This document shows, in pieces, positions 1 through 15,700 of a stretch of 64,000 bases of DNA. Under the pieces are notes generated by a model. The model made no database searches. It worked only from the letters and a program-made list of their open reading frames with translations, and had not been told where the DNA came from. Position numbers and translations under genes: made by a program. The first letter of the stretch is position 1; each line of letters starts with the position of its first letter. The stretch comes from Raja brachyura (taxonomy: Eukaryota), in NCBI GenBank assembly GCA_963514005.1, contig OY740787.1, positions 70,990,001 through 71,054,000 of the forward strand, read 5' to 3'.

Positions 1-615
1 ACATGATGTTCAGGCTAAGTATTCACCAAGAGGCAAGAAAGGAATTTTTTAACCTTATATGGTTTGCTATCTGATCCCATCAAACCATTGAGTGGGAAGC
101 TCTATGCTAGCTTTATCAGGCAACTTCCATCCACTCTCATAAAAAGACAAGTGAACTGGAAAAAAAACTGGCTAAACTAGTCCTGCTTGCAGCATTAGGT
201 GTGTTCGAAGAGCCCCTAAAATCCCAAGACAAGATTAATGGACGAAGATTTAACACAGACCCTGTATTTTCCTTTCTGTAGTGCTCTGTGTTTCATAAAT
301 AATTTGAAGAGAATCTGACAAACCTGACCTGACACATATATCTGCCATTTCCTGCTTTGTATCAAATTTTCAGCATGTGAGTTTTGTTGCTTTCCAAATT
401 ATGGAGCTAGATTGACATCAGTTTCCTTCAATATTACAGTTTAAGGTAGACAGCCATGTGGATAACTTACAAAAATTGCTTGCTCTTGTACGCAGTGATT
501 TATTTTGTTACCCGTCTAATTAGGTAACTTTAATGATCAAAGGTGTCTACCTTAAATCATTAGTTTGAAAATAACCGAATAAATTAATTTAAGATTACTA
601 TGGTTTATTACTTAC

Positions 616-767
616 CTTGACCCAAGTCTTTCGATTAACTTCACGTTTTTCAATAAGATACCCAGTCAATGGACTTCCACCATCATTTTCAGGCAGATCC
701 CATATCAAATGTACTGTATTCCGAGTAATTTCTGAAACTTTGATGTCTTTTGGTGCACTTGGCCGTG
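616..767 (-). CDS. TTN: TTN exon, N-terminal half of an Fn3 domain (ARPSAPKDIKV...KTWVK)
   Basis: cag acceptor, gtaag donor; WDLPENDGGSP Fn3 motif. Confidence 0.93.
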
Positions 768-3700
768 CTGAGAAGTTAAAAGAATAAAGAAATATAAAAT
801 TCAATAATTTTGCATGCTATTTATTATTTCCCTTGTCACCGATTTCTTCTACCTCCCAGCTATTCACTAAGGTTAAGCAAAGTCATTGCGTCTCGTCTGA
901 TCAGGAGCTGAGCCTCAAACTGCATGACCATGAACTGCTCAATATGGTTCACCTTCATGCCAAGATTGCTACTGGCGTAATTCTGTTGCAAGATCTACAC
1001 TCTCTCTCGTTTTGTTATTCCTCTTTGGGCAGTTGTCAGTCTATATAAACTCTGATAGTCAAATACTCCACCATTCAATTGTCCACAACCTACATTGAAT
1101 TGTAAATAACAATTCCTTTCATAAAATTCCTCCATAGTTTAGCTCATGTAACAGCAACCACTACTAGGCTTACAGCACCTTTCTCAGTAATCTAAAATTG
1201 TTATGGGATTGGACACGCTAGATGCAGGAAACATGTTCCCAATGTTAGGGGAGCCCGGAACCAAGGGCCGCAGTTGAAGAATAGGGGGCAAGTCATTTAG
1301 AACTGAGTTGAGGAAAAACTTTTTCACACAGAGAGTTGTGAATTTGTGGAATTCTCTGCCTCAGAAGGCAGTGAAGACCGATTCACGGGATGCATTTAAA
1401 AGAGAGTTCGATAGCGTTCTTAGGGCTAGTGATATCAAGGGATATAGGGTGAAGGCAGGAAAGGGGTACTGATTGTGGATGATCAGCCATGCTCACATTA
1501 AATTCCGGTGCTGGCTCGAAGGGCCAAATGGCCTACTCCTGCATCTACTGTCTATGTATCTATGTACCACTTTTCTCAGTCTTTGGGATTTTCCTTTTCA
1601 GACACCATCAACACCTTTTGGTGGTTTAGCCCACTTTTTAGAATGCATTCTTTCATTTTCTTTGACACTCAGTTTTATTCTCCATTTTTATAAAATCTTC
1701 CCAAAACCCATTTCTTCAATTATGTTTTCAGTTACTTCTATTTTTCATTTTGTAAGCTCTGCACTTGTTTCTTTAATGAATTAATTTTGCTCCACTCTTC
1801 AGAAATCATCTTTGCAGCTTTCATTGGTAAATAGGTTTAGTTAAGCTAAGTTATCTTCAAAAGGTTAAATAAAAATACAATTTCAAATTCTATATTCAGA
1901 TTCTTACCAATTACGTTCACGTCAATTTCCCCTGAGACAGATGACATAGCATTTTCCAGTGTCAATTTATATAATCCTTTATCTGGACGCTCACTGGGAG
2001 AAATAATCAGTTGTGTATATTTAGCAGTAGTTTCCATTTTCACACGATCATTACTTTCAAGAGTTTTTTCACCCACAGTCCATGTTGCCAAAGGTATAGG
2101 GTAGCCACTGATAGGAACACGAATCTTGAGTGGTTCTGGAACAATAACCTCCAGACCATCTTTGAACTCTCTCAGGTCAAAAGAAGGAGCCACTAGAAGA
2201 GAATACATAAACAGGTTTCAAATGATATACAGTATAAGCTACTGAATACCAACCCCCCCTCACTTTTATTACCCATTATATAATTTTATTCACGAGGTAT
2301 ATGCATTACCGTGCGGGTCATCAGCTGTTAGTGGGCCAAGAGCATCAGCTGGATCTGATAAACCTGCTGCATTTTCCGCAGATACTCTGTAATAATATTT
2401 CTTTCCTTGTTCCAAACCAGATATCTGTAGGAACAAAAAAATAAAAAGCACATACGAATATTAAAAAAAAGCAGTCAGCTAGAGATATATCTGAAATATG
2501 GACAAAATAATATCTATCCATGTGTGAACTTAAAATGTATACTTGACTTTACACAAATTATTGCAGTATTTCCTGAATCCTATCCTTTCCGCAAAAGTTA
2601 TTAATATTCCGGGATTAATTTCTCCATTTTTTTTCACAGATGCCTAAAATACATTCCAGACAATAGACAATAGGTGCCGGAGTAGGCCATTCGGCCCTTC
2701 GGGCCAGCACAGCCATTCAATGTGATCATCCACAATCAGTATCCCGTTCCTGTCTTCTCCCCATATCCCCTGACTCTGTTATCTTTAAGAGCCCTATCTA
2801 GCTCTCTCTTGAAAATATTCAGAGAACCGGCCTCCACTGCCCTCTGAAGCAGAGAATTCCACAGATCAACAACTCTCTGTGAGAAAAAGTGTTTCCCCAT
2901 CTCCGTTCTAAATGGCTTACCCCTTATTCTTAAACTGTGGCCCCTGGTTCTGGACTCCCCCAACATCGGGAACGTGTTTCCTGCATCTAGCGTGTCCAAA
3001 CCCTTAATAATCTTATACGTGTCAATAAGATCCCCTCTCATTCTTCTAAATTCCAGAGTATACAAGCCCAGCCGCTCCATTCCCCTATACAAGGCAGGAT
3101 TCAACACATACAAAATATTGTAATCTACAACCCATCTTTTGCAAAGTTCTTCAAACTCACCATTCCATTGAACTCCAGTTCCTGAGCAAAATAATTTCAA
3201 AATTGTCTTCAAATAGTACTTCTTACACATCTCGCACCTGAGAAACTCTGAATCTTATCTGATCTGATGTACATGTGAATTCAGTCCCCATGTATGTCAA
3301 TATTAGTTATCATCTTACAATTTGTCTCTGACTAGATGAGAGATTGGGCAGGTGAGAATAACTCACTTAATATCAGCAGTGGGTGAGCAATCGCTTTCAA
3401 ATCCTCATAAATCAGCATGTTTTAACCAATAAACAAATTAAAAATAATACCTTGAATTTTGTTTCAGGAATAAGTCTGATATTGCAGGGGATCCATTTAT
3501 CTGTACCTTCTTCACATCGTTCAATAAAATAGCCCAGAATTGGGCTTCCTCCATCCTTAAGTGGAGGTTCCCAATTCAATTGCACTGAATCTTTTGTCTG
3601 CTTTGAAGCAGCAAACTCAATGGGTGGGCTTGGTTTAACTAAAAACAGAGAAATCAAATTAATTAATGTAAGATCAAAATTAAGAATACAAAGCATTTTT

Positions 3701-6700
3701 TACAATTACACATTTTTCTAATCAGATACTTACAAATTGGGTCCATAATTTTTACAGGTTGTGAAGCTGCACTAGGTTTTCCTCTACCAGCTCTGTTTTC
3801 CGCTCTGACACGGAATATATATTCTCTGTTTTCGACCACATCATTTATCTGAGCAGAGAGTTCATGTGCATCGGTAATCATAATTGGCTCCCATTTAAGC
3901 GAGGTTCGGTCACGTAACTCAACAACATAGTTTGTGATTTTGGCTCCGCCATCGTATGCTGGTGGTTCCCAAGTAACGGTGGCACCAAATTTGTTTACAT
4001 CTTTCACTTGTACATTTAGAGGTGCATCAGGTACATCTGACAGAAAAGATAACACAAATAATATGTGATAATTTTAATATGTAGAATTCATTTGGAGAAT
4101 AATTAAAATGAGTTATTGAATTGTTCCTGACACTTACCAAACTTATTTTTAGCTTGAACTGGTTCAACAGTCTCCACAGGTTCACCTGTACCAACTCTGT
4201 TTCTTGCACTAACACGGAATAGATACTCCAATTCTTTTTGGAGGCCAGTCACTGTAAATTCAGTATTATCAGCTCTATCTGTAGCTAAAGTCCAGGTTTT
4301 ACGCTTCACATCACGTCGTTCTATAACATATCCAAGGATTTTGCTACCTCCATCGCTTTCAGGCTCACTCCAAGCAAGGCTGACTTCACCATCAGCAGTT
4401 TCCATAACTTTCAAATTCTGAATTGGGCCAGGCACATCTGTAAATTGACAAAAAAAAAATGATATTCCTAGAACAGTTTTTAGACCCATCTATAGACAGA
4501 AGAATAACAAAAAAATACCTACCAATTACGTTCAGATTTATATATCCTTCACCCTTTCCATGCTTATTCTGAATCACAACCTTGTATCTTCCCTTGTCAT
4601 ATCTCCTTGGGTCAAAAAGCCGATAAGAAGTCTTATCTGCAGTTGTGTCAATGTTTTGATTGGGCAGGCTGCCATACTCGGATGTAGTACTGTCTTCCTT
4701 GAACCACTCAGCTTCAGCGCGTGGATAAGCATCATATGGAAGTGTCATTGTGAATGGTTTTCCAGCATCAGTCTCAAGATTCAAATCAGACGTCTTGATT
4801 TTTGGTATCGCTGTAATGCAAATATTCATCAGTTATAAAGATATCAATTCACTGTATCCAGCCATAGGAAAGGTAATAGTAATCATTAATATTCCTAAGA
4901 TTCAAATTATCTTACCCGCAAGTTCCAGTTTAGCTCTTGCATCTTTATCCTTGGCGATAAACCTATATTCTCCCTGATCGCGTGGTCTTATGTCACAGAC
5001 CTGCAATCGGTGAACCTTTCCTTCACTCATCATTTGATGTTTATCACCCTGCACAATTATCATATTATTTCTCAGCCACTTGACTTCAACTTTATCTTTA
5101 TTCAGTTCAGCTTCAAAAATAACATCCGAGCCTGGAGCTTCAAAAATATCCTGTGGAGGTCTGATGATTTCAACTGGGATTTCTGAAAGAAGAATAATAA
5201 TGTAAACTTGCATATTCTCAATTTTCTTAATTGTTTTAGTAACTTGTTTTTCTTATATCATACTTGCCTTCAACAAAGAGTCTAGCCCTTGAACGTCTAT
5301 CTTCTACACCACAGGAGTATTCATATTCATCATCTGGTCTACACTCCCTTACAATAAGTCTGTGTAAACTACCATCTTTTTCAAATTGATACCTAGCAAA
5401 AGACACAAAAATACAAATGATAACATTTATTATTTGTGAAATAGCAATAATTGGTCAATTATTTTCCCCCAAACAAATGAATTAAAACATACTTTTTATT
5501 TTCTCTGAGTTCTCTGCCATTCCTATACCATTTCACAGTTGCTTTCAGTTTGGACAATTGACAGGAAAATATTGCATCTTCAAACTCAATGACAGTTTGA
5601 TCTTGAATATGTTCTATGAAATCTGTGGGTGCCTCTGTGATGATAAGTTCAGCAACTGATTTGTCTTGTCCAGCAATTACAGTATATTCTCCCTCATCTT
5701 TGAATGCACATCGTCTTATTATAAGGGAGTGCTTTTTCTTGTCAATTTTATACAGAATTCCTTTGTCAAATGTAACTTCCTCTCCATTTTTCATCCACTG
5801 TAGAGTGACATTTTCACGGTTTACTTTGCAGCTGAAGGTGACAGATTTCTTTTCCATTGTTTCACAATCATCAAGAGGTTCAATGATTTTCAGATCCTCC
5901 TCTGCATAAATTAAAAGAGGTCATGTGAAATGCAAGCAATTTTATTTGAATTAAGCAAGGATGTTTCATGTGCTATAGTTATTTACCGTGTACTTGTAAT
6001 GATGCTGAACATTGTGCATGTTCTCCTCTATGATTTGTCAATGCTACTGTAAACGTTCCTTGATCTTCCATTTGTGCATCCCTGATTCTGAGAGTAAAGA
6101 CTAACTCTTTGTGGATCATTACATATTTTGGGCTATCAAAGATAGTTTCTTCATTTTTTAACCATTTAGGTCTGGCACCTTCAGTGTTAACTTCACAATT
6201 AAATACAATTTCTTGTCCTTCTCGAGCTACCTGGTCCTTGATGGGAGTTATTATCCGAAGATTTTCTGGGAAAAGAAACAAACGTTGATTAAAAACAAAT
6301 AAAACAATTTTGTTTTAGTACATTGAAACCAATTTGGAGCTAGAATCAATGTTAGTGGTGGAATCTGCCAATAATTTAACTGATGTAATCTGCCTCAAGT
6401 GGTTACCTAGGCTGCAGAACATTTAACATAGAGAACCTGAAAATAATTTTCTATTGCACAATAGAAAACAAGAGCATGGTGGCAGCATTAGATCAAAATA
6501 TTAAATTTGCACATTTGATCAGGATGGAAATTCGCCAAATGGAGTGTGTTAAAATATTTGCTTAATATATTTGGCTTTAATAAGATAACTAAATGTGACA
6601 ATGAGAATGCAATGCTTACATTTCTTGCAAATTGCCACAATGTAGGTTACATGACTTACCAATAACTGTGAGTTCTGCTGTTGCTCTCGAGGTGCCAATC

Positions 6701-9700
6701 ATAACAGCATAAGTTCCTTCATCTTTTGGGATGGAGTTCTTGATGATGAGCCTTCGTTTTTTGCCATCAGACACAATCTCATATTTATCATCAGATTTAA
6801 GTTCTTCATCCCCTTTAAACCATTTCACTTCATAACTGTCTTTTGATACGGAGCAGACAAAATTTGCCTTGTCTCCTTCGAGAACCTCCAGATTCTGCGG
6901 TTTGGAAATAAACTCTGCAGCCAGTTCTATAATAAGAAGTAACAAGAAAATTATACTGGGCAATATTAATTCATATTAGAAAAGTAAACTCATATTAGAA
7001 CAGTACATACCATTAACTCTTAGTTGACAAGATGTCCGAGCACCATTTGGCAGCCTGCAGTTATATTCACCATCATCTCCTGGATTAGTATTCTGAATTA
7101 CTAAAATTCGTTTTCTGCCATCTATACGTTGTTCATATCTGCCAACTTCAGGCAACTCTGTATCTCCCTTGTACCAAGTTACATCAGCATTTGGTTTGGA
7201 AACTTCACAAACCAGTTTAATTGTCGCTGATTCAGTAACTTCAGCATTTGCGAGGTTCTTTGTAAAGGTAGCTTCCTCTTCTGCAAAACATGGCAAATGG
7301 AAATCATTAGGAAAATCTAAAACTGGTTTCTGAAAGTTAAAATAATGCATAACTTTGGTTTGATTGATTACCTAAAACTGTAAGTAATCCAGACGTCTTA
7401 GCAGTCCTTGCATCACATTCATATTCAGCTTCATCGTCAAAGCTGCTTTTGTGGATAATTAACATTCTCTCCCTGCCTTTAGCAACAATGTCACACTTCT
7501 TGCCTTTTCTTACTTCAACACCATCCTTAAACCAACGCACCTGAAATTCAAAATAAATTCACAGTGTGGTATTCAGAATAATTTCATACTTTCAGAATAC
7601 AGTATAACAAGGTTATAAAATCAATGACATTATTCTCTAAACATACAAGCATAGATTCCTTTCTTGAGGTGTAGAAATCCATCAGTGATTAATGTTACTA
7701 TAATAATTTGGTGCCAAGTATCTTGATAACACTAAGAAACTTAGTTTTAAAAGGAAACAAATGTCTATATCCTTAGCAATTTCTTAAAAAATAGTAGATA
7801 TCACATTATTAATTGGATGAGTACATAGCTGATATCTACAGGGATTAATTTGACCAGACATTAAGAACTTCACCCAATGTTTTTGGTGATTCTCGTGCAA
7901 CATTGCAACGTTGTTGAGCATTGACTGATACAAAAAGTGACTCTGAATTACTTCATCCTTATGTATGGGAAGGCAATAATCAGCATAGTTTGTAGTCCAC
8001 ACCAATGCTTTTTAACATTAATATAGGTTTTTGGTGTAACAGCACTAGATCGGTCACTCATTCGAATACAAATCTAGAGCTCTCTCTCTCTCTCTCTGTT
8101 TGAATTAATGCATATTCAGGAGGGGAAGGGGTAGGTAGGGGTGGGGATGGTGCAGACATTGATGGGATTTGAATTCTCCTGTTTTTCATAGCCTACAACC
8201 TCAGTTCTAGCTGGTTCTTCTAAACATGGCAATTGTATTCGATGAAGGATTTTCTCACTTATAAGGCAAGAACATAAAAATTTAGGAAATGGCAGAATTA
8301 GGCGATTGCACCTCTTGTGCCCAATTGTTATTTAATAAATTCATAGCTGATCTTCCAGCAGATTCCTACTTTTCTGCATGAATTCCATAATTTTGGTAAC
8401 ATTTAATGATCTGTGCCTTGAATATACTCAGTGACTAAAGGGCCTGTCCTACCAGTATCTGACTCCATGCGGTGAGCGCGATCAAACTAGAAGTGGGGGC
8501 CACGCGGAGGTCGGGTGATCCCTGTACAGGGACGTTCCCAACAGCATGCGCCTGTATGCGGCGAGCATGACCAAACCGGCAGCGGGGGCTGCGCGGAGGT
8601 CGGGTGAGCGGCGCAACATGGCGCAAAGTGAGGCGAACTTGGAGCGAAGTCTTAAAGGTAAGTTCTCAAGGACAGAGAGGGACACACAGAGAGGGGCACG
8701 GAGGCACACACAGAGAGGGCCACGGAACCACACACAGAGAGGGTCATGGAGGCACCTACAGCGAGGGTCACGGAGGCATGACGTCGAGACGGTGCGTAAT
8801 GCGTCGAGGCGACAAATTGTTGCCGCGCGGAATTTTTGAACATAGTCAGTTTTTCGGAGCCCTGCGCGATGTCGGGACGAACTCTGCACAATTCCGCATG
8901 GCTCCGGCGATCGAAGTGGGACCGGCCCTGCGACGCTGGACGGCTCAAGCGACCACGTTAGGTCGCGCTCATCATATGGAGTTGCATGCTGGTGGGACAG
9001 GCCCTAAAATTTCCACAGCTCTAATTGGGTAATTGGGACATTTCTTCTCTTATCTGATCTGAATGGCAACCCTTTATTTTGCGATTGTGATCCCAGGTCA
9101 CACCGAGAGGGAGAACAGAAGGAGGACCTGGCGTGGGGAGACCGCCGAGAGAAAGAACAAAGGGGGACCCAGCATTGGGGGACCACGGGCACTAAGGGGA
9201 TCACAAATGGAATACTTTGTGTTGTAATGGTATACTTTGCAACTTTGTCAGCGCCCTTTGTGTGGCAACTCTTTGCATACCTTGGGTACGAAAAACAAAG
9301 AATCTCACTGCGACATGTCACATGTGATAATAAAGTATCATTCGTTCATTAAGGTCTTTCACACATCAGCCAGGAGAAACAATGATGCGGCATCTACCTT
9401 GTCAACTCTTATAGAAGTAGTTTATCTTTCTAGATTAATTTTTTAATTGATATTACAATGGCTACCCTTTCCACTGCAATCTTCAACAGATATATATGCA
9501 GCAGGTAATATTAGTGTTAAAAAATATATTGAATCATAATTGATAAAAGAACACAAACTTAAGCCACAAAGAGTTAAAAAGGAAGGTCAGGAATTGATTT
9601 GCGAAGTCTGTGTTTCAAGCTTCAGGCTTTTAAACTATTAATAAGAAATCTTTACATAATACTTTAGCACTGGAAAAAGGTAGTGTTCATAAGAGATAAT

Positions 9701-12700
9701 AATTGTGCAAATTTATATACATGTTTTTTTCCCCTTGAGAAAGGAGAAAAACATAATAAATTTAGTAGTAACCAAATAATAGGGAAATGCTGAGGAATTT
9801 TAGATATTCTTGAAAATGTCAGTACAGGCAATTTGCATGTTATGTGAGGGTTCATTTCCTGAGAAATGTCCATAAGCCAATTTGTCCATAATTCAGAAAC
9901 ATCTGTACAAACTCATTATAATTTTTGTATTTCATTGAATAAGCATCTTAACTCCTTAACCGCTTCTTTACTTCTTTACCCACCACTGTGCAGCCATGTA
10001 CAAATCCAATTCAATTTACAAATTTGCGGGCGGCACCATCATTGTGGGCTGGATATCAAATAATGATGAGAGTACAGGGAGGAGATTGAAAACCTCATGA
10101 CCTGGTGTCGAGACAACAACTTTTCCCTCAATGTCAGCAAGTCAAAGGAAATAGTGATCGACATTAGGAAGCCTGGTTTGCATTGATGCCACCAAAGTAA
10201 AGATGAGAGTCTAGAACTAGAGGCCACCGCCTCAGAATTAAAGGATGTTCTTTTAGGAAGGAGATGAGGATGAATTTCTTTAGTCAAAGAGTGGTGAAAC
10301 TGTGGGATTCTTTGCCACAGAAGGTTGTGGAGGCAAAGTCAGTGGATATATTTCAGGCAGAGGTAGACTCTTGATTAGTATGGGTGTCAGAGGTTACGGG
10401 GAGAAAGCAGGAAAATGGGGTCAGGAGGGAGAGATAGATCTGCCATTATTGAATGGCGGAGTAGACTTGATGAGCTGAATGGCCTAATTCATCTCCGATC
10501 ACATAATCTTATGATTGAAAGCTTCAAATTCCTAGGAGTAAATATCACCAACAAATTGTCCTGGACCACCTACATTAAAGCAATGGCCAGGAAAACACAA
10601 CAATGAAACCACTTCCTTAGAAGGCTTAGGAAGTTTGGCATGTTCCCAACAACTCGCACTAAGTTCTGCAGATGCGCGATAAAAAGCATTTTTTCGGGAT
10701 GCATCACAGCCTGGTTTGGGAACAGTTCTACTCAAGACCGCAAGAAATTGCAGTATATTCCAGATTACCACACAAACCAACCTCCCTTCCATTGACTCAA
10801 TTTACGCCTCACACTGCCTTGGCAAGGCCACCAGCATAATCTAGGACAAATTACAGTCCTGAATTGGAGTCAACCTCATTGGAGTCCTTCAGACTATAGG
10901 CTGATTTGGACTTTTCTCACTTTATCTTGCACTAAATGTTATTCATGATATTCGCTTTATCATGTATCTGTACACTGTGGATTGCTCAATTGTAAACATG
11001 TATAGTCTTTCCGCTGTCTGGTTAGCACGCAACAAAAGTTTTTCACAGTACCTTGTGACAATAAACAAATGACTTAACACTGATAATTAAACTAATGGAA
11101 CATATACTGGATCTAGTAATTAATTACTATCATGAAACATTTTATTATTACTGGCTTGAAAAATGTTTGGGAGCAATTTTGTAAGTTTTGGTTTTCTATA
11201 AGTCAGGTAAGTCAGGTCATTCATACCCTGGGGAGCTGCTGTAAATGGAAAGAAGGCTTTTGTGGGGAAGGAATGTACAATAGCAATTGGAAAGCAAAAT
11301 CGACAGCGTTTAGATAAAACTTGTAAGGGAGCAAAGAATATTTAGTTTATCTAAGAAATATTTATCCCTTTTGTCAGTGACTAAACTTCCATAGTCCTGT
11401 TGGGTAGTGAAGTAGAGAGAATGCAAAGTTTCTGAGATGACTATAACACTATTAAAAGGATGCTATGAAATATTCAAATAATTGTAAAAAGTTACTAAAA
11501 TAAAATGGAGCCAGGAAAGCATAGTTAATGGAATAAAGGAAACATGACAACTTTAGTTTAATACCGTTTGCCTTAAGAGAAATCAAAGGAATATAGCCCA
11601 GCTCGCTATCTTATACCAGTTACATTGTTACTTTGTGCAGTTATATCAATAAGTCAACCTAAAAAAAAATTGAGAATATCTATTCAAAGCTACATGATCT
11701 TATCGATATATTCCAAGCGTTTCTAAATAGAAGGTCAAATCAGTCCCTATATAAACCCATAGTGAAAAAAGTAGTACCGGAGCACCACCAATTTTCTGGC
11801 AACTGGTGGTCCGACACCTCCTTAAATCCGGACAGAATTATGAAAACACACTTGAAATCCCCACCGAAAGTCCCTTCGAAAATGTGGCACTTAGGTAGGT
11901 TGAGGTAATCGATCTCATCCTCATTGGGACTTCTGCATCTGATTGGCAGGTCACAGCTTGCTCCCTGCGGCCAGGGCTATGAAAATCCGGCTCGGCTGGA
12001 ACCGGTGGGTCCGTTCCCATGGCTGACCTCCGTTGCCAGATTTCCAATCGATGCATTAAATTTGCCCCCTATATTTTTCTCAAATTTATCTCCATTTGAT
12101 TGTACTAAATGTGTTATATGACAGCAGCAATATATTGTATTTTCTGTCCATAATTGTGTTCCAACTTAATGGATCTCAATTTCAGATGCTTCAGACCAGA
12201 GATGAATTTTTATGCAATGCTATCTCGACATTTGCTTAAATATAAGTTACTGACTTATTAACATCATTTAAAAACACAAATAGATATGATGATTTAAATA
12301 AAGTCAAACCTTTGCACTTTCACGGGAAACTTCACATACAAATTTCGCAACCTCCTTTTCTTTCACCTCAAGATCAGTGAGTGGCTTTGTAAATTCAACG
12401 TGAGGAGCTATGAAAGAAACAGAGTCTTTTTTATTGGCAGTCAGATTACAATTTATAATGTCATTAATGAAGATCTGAAGAATATAGCAAAATGACAACC
12501 AATTATCAGGCAAATGCCATTTTGATCTTACTAGTTTCTCTTTTCCTATACCCTATCTTACATTCAGGTCAGACCTATAATTTCCAGGTCAGACCATCCT
12601 ACAACCATGTATAAGTAATGTTACCACATTGAATTTGGGTCTGCATATTTTTTATGCTTATTTGGGTGAACAAAGTCAAACCATCTTTATGCTCTAATAA

Positions 12701-15700
12701 TTTAAATGTGCATCATTTATTTATGCATCTCAGTTCAATCGCCTAACAGTTTTCACAGTCATAGAGCTGTACAGCAGAATCACTCTTTTTGTCAATGAGG
12801 ACCAAGTTGGTACATTATGCTAGTCCCATTTATCTGGAATTGGCCCACAGTCTCTGAACTCTTCCTACCCATATCTCTGTCCAAATGTAATTTCTGCTTC
12901 TGTTGCTTGCTCTGGCATCTCATTCCAAATACGAACTACCTTCTGATTTAAAAATTCAGCGTTTCCTCTTAAATATTTTTTTCTTACATCAAACCTATGC
13001 CCTATAGATTTAGAATCCTTTAACCTGCAAAAAAGCTGTTCACTTTATCCATAATCTTGTATACCTCAATAAGGTCCACCACTCATCCTCCAACACGCTA
13101 AAGAAAAAAGTCCCAGCCTATGTAATCTTCTCTTATACCTCAAGCCCGCAAACCGGGGCAACAGCTTGGTGAATTGCTTCTGCGCCCTTCCCAGTTTAAT
13201 AACTTCCATTCCAGAGCTTGGTGACCAAAGGTGCATACAATACTCTAAGTGCAGTCCAACCAAGGACTTGTACAGCTGCATCATGATGCTGCAATATTTG
13301 TAATCAATAACCTTCCCCAATGTCTTCTTCACACTTCCACCTGACTCGTAACTTTTAGGGAACCATGCACATGTACTCCGAGATTCTGTTTTGCAACACT
13401 TTCAAGGGTTCTGCCATTTACTGTGTCAGACCTGCACTAGTTTGACATACCAAACTGCAATATCTCATACATGTCAGAGTTAAATTCCATTTGTTATTCC
13501 TTAGCCCACCTTCCCAACTGATCTAGATTTTGTGCTTTCTGATCTAGCATATGTGCTTTCAAGGGGAATGGGCACAGGAGATTCCTGCACTCCATCCTAT
13601 TCTTTTTATCCATCCTGGTGGTCATCTATTTATTTTCTGCCTGCATCTTAGGTGTGATCACTTCACTGTATCTCATTTCGCGGAAAATCCTGAAGTCATC
13701 GAACTTCAACTCTGTTTTCCTCACTTGGTCAGTCAGAAGCTGCAGCTCGAAGCAATTCTCACAGATGGAGTCCAGACGATACGGGAAGATTCCCTGACTT
13801 TCCGCAGCCTGCAAGTGCGGCATACCAATGCTCTAACTGCCATCCTGTTCCCTAATTTACTTTTTAGAACTCTCCAAAAAGGGCCTCATACTTATTCCTT
13901 CCTCTTCCATTTATATTTGAGAGTTTCCAACTCACATTACAGCTCAATGTTTTTGAACTGACTCAGAGACATCCAGATGACATGAAATTGTTGTCCACAA
14001 ATTCCCACATTCAGCAGTTCAGAGACATGATCTACTCAGCCATTGCTTCCCGTGTACTACTTATTTTAGGTCAGTTTGCTTTCTTTACACACTAATTTAA
14101 TTAAGCACGAAAATGGCCGGTACATTTTAAAACATATTTACTCCTTAAAAAGCACATGAACCACTATTTAAACTGAAGATAAGTGACAGTAACTTCATTT
14201 CTCTCTATATTAAATTCTCATCTAATCAAACTCTCTACTCTGAACATGGTATACTATAGACTTACGTTCCACAGTGAGAAAACAGGAAGTCTTGAAGCCT
14301 TTTGCATCGCAAGTATATGTTTTGGAATCTTCAGGTTTGCAGTCATGAATAATAAGCCTTCGCACTCTTCCATCAGCAATGAAATCATGCTTTTTGGTTT
14401 TATGAATTTCCTTTCCATCCTTAAACCAAATAACCTCGGCATTCTCTCTCGACACCTCACACTCCAGTGTGGCAGTGGTTTCTTCTTCAACTGTTAGGTC
14501 CTCCAAAGGTTTTGTAAATTCAGCTGGTGGTTCTGTGAAATATTTCAATGAAAGTAATGCAATGCCAAAGATACTGTTGTGGAAGGACAATATTTTGATA
14601 TTTAATTGAATTGTTGCATTACTTACCTTGAACAATAAGCTTGGCAGATGTTGTAAAGTCCTTAGCAGTGAGTTTAACTGCACCAGCTTCATCAAGCTGA
14701 ACGTTTCTTAGAGTGAAAGTGTGCCTTGTGCCTTCAGCGCGAGTAACAACCTAATTCGAAATAAAAGATTGAAACTGTTAGCAAACTTCAAATATGAGTA
14801 TTTGTCATATAAAAAATAACTAGGCAATTAACTACAGGCAAGACAAATTATCTAGTTCAAATGATCACTGGTTTTTAATCCTAATAATCTTTTGTAATTC
14901 TCTAAACTTTGAGGTATTTATTGAAGTCATTAACAAATTGAATAGCTATAAAATATTAAAAATTGCATTAAAGTTCCATACAGTTTAGTTTCATAAATGT
15001 TTGAACTATCTTTAGCCTTCCCTTTATTATATGCTAATATTTTTCTGGATAACAAATGTATATAATTAAAAGCTGAATAAGTTAATTATAGAATCATAGA
15101 AAATAGGTGCAGGAGTAGGCCATTCGGCCCTTTGAGCCTGCGCCGCCATTCAATATGATCATGGCTGATCATCCAACTCTGTGTCCTGCACCTGCCTTCT
15201 CTCCATACCCCCTGATCCCTTTAGCCACAAGGGCCACATCTAGCTCCCTCTTAAATATAGCCAATGAACTGGCCTCAACTACCTTCTGTGGCAGAGAATT
15301 CCACAGACTCACCACTCTGTGTGTGAAAAAAGATCTTCTCATCTCGGTCCTAAAAGACTTCCCCCTTATCCTTAAACTGTGAACCCTTGTTCTGGAGTTC
15401 CCTAACATCGGGAACAATCTTCCTGCATCTAGCCTGTCCAACCCCTTAAGAATTTTGTAAGCCTCTATAAGATCCCCCCTCAATCTCCTAAATTCCAGCG
15501 AGTACAAGCCGAGTCTATCCAGTCTTTCTTCATATGGAAGTCCTGCCATCCCAGGAATCGGTCTGGTGAACAAAAACAATTACAACTGTTTTTGTTATTC
15601 TATTTTTCAATCTGATTTTAATACTCCAGAATTGATAGTCCATTATCTTAAGTAGTCTAAAAGATAACAAAGGATCTATTTTTCATAGCAGCCAATCATG

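Noticed and set aside
8435-9032. Overlapping Arg/Gly-rich ORFs on both strands
   Set aside because: By-product of the GC-rich, repeat-containing MITE interior.
11770-12110. GC-richer island that may be an old DNA transposon
   Set aside because: I could not identify paired terminal repeats or a target-site duplication, so it is not called.
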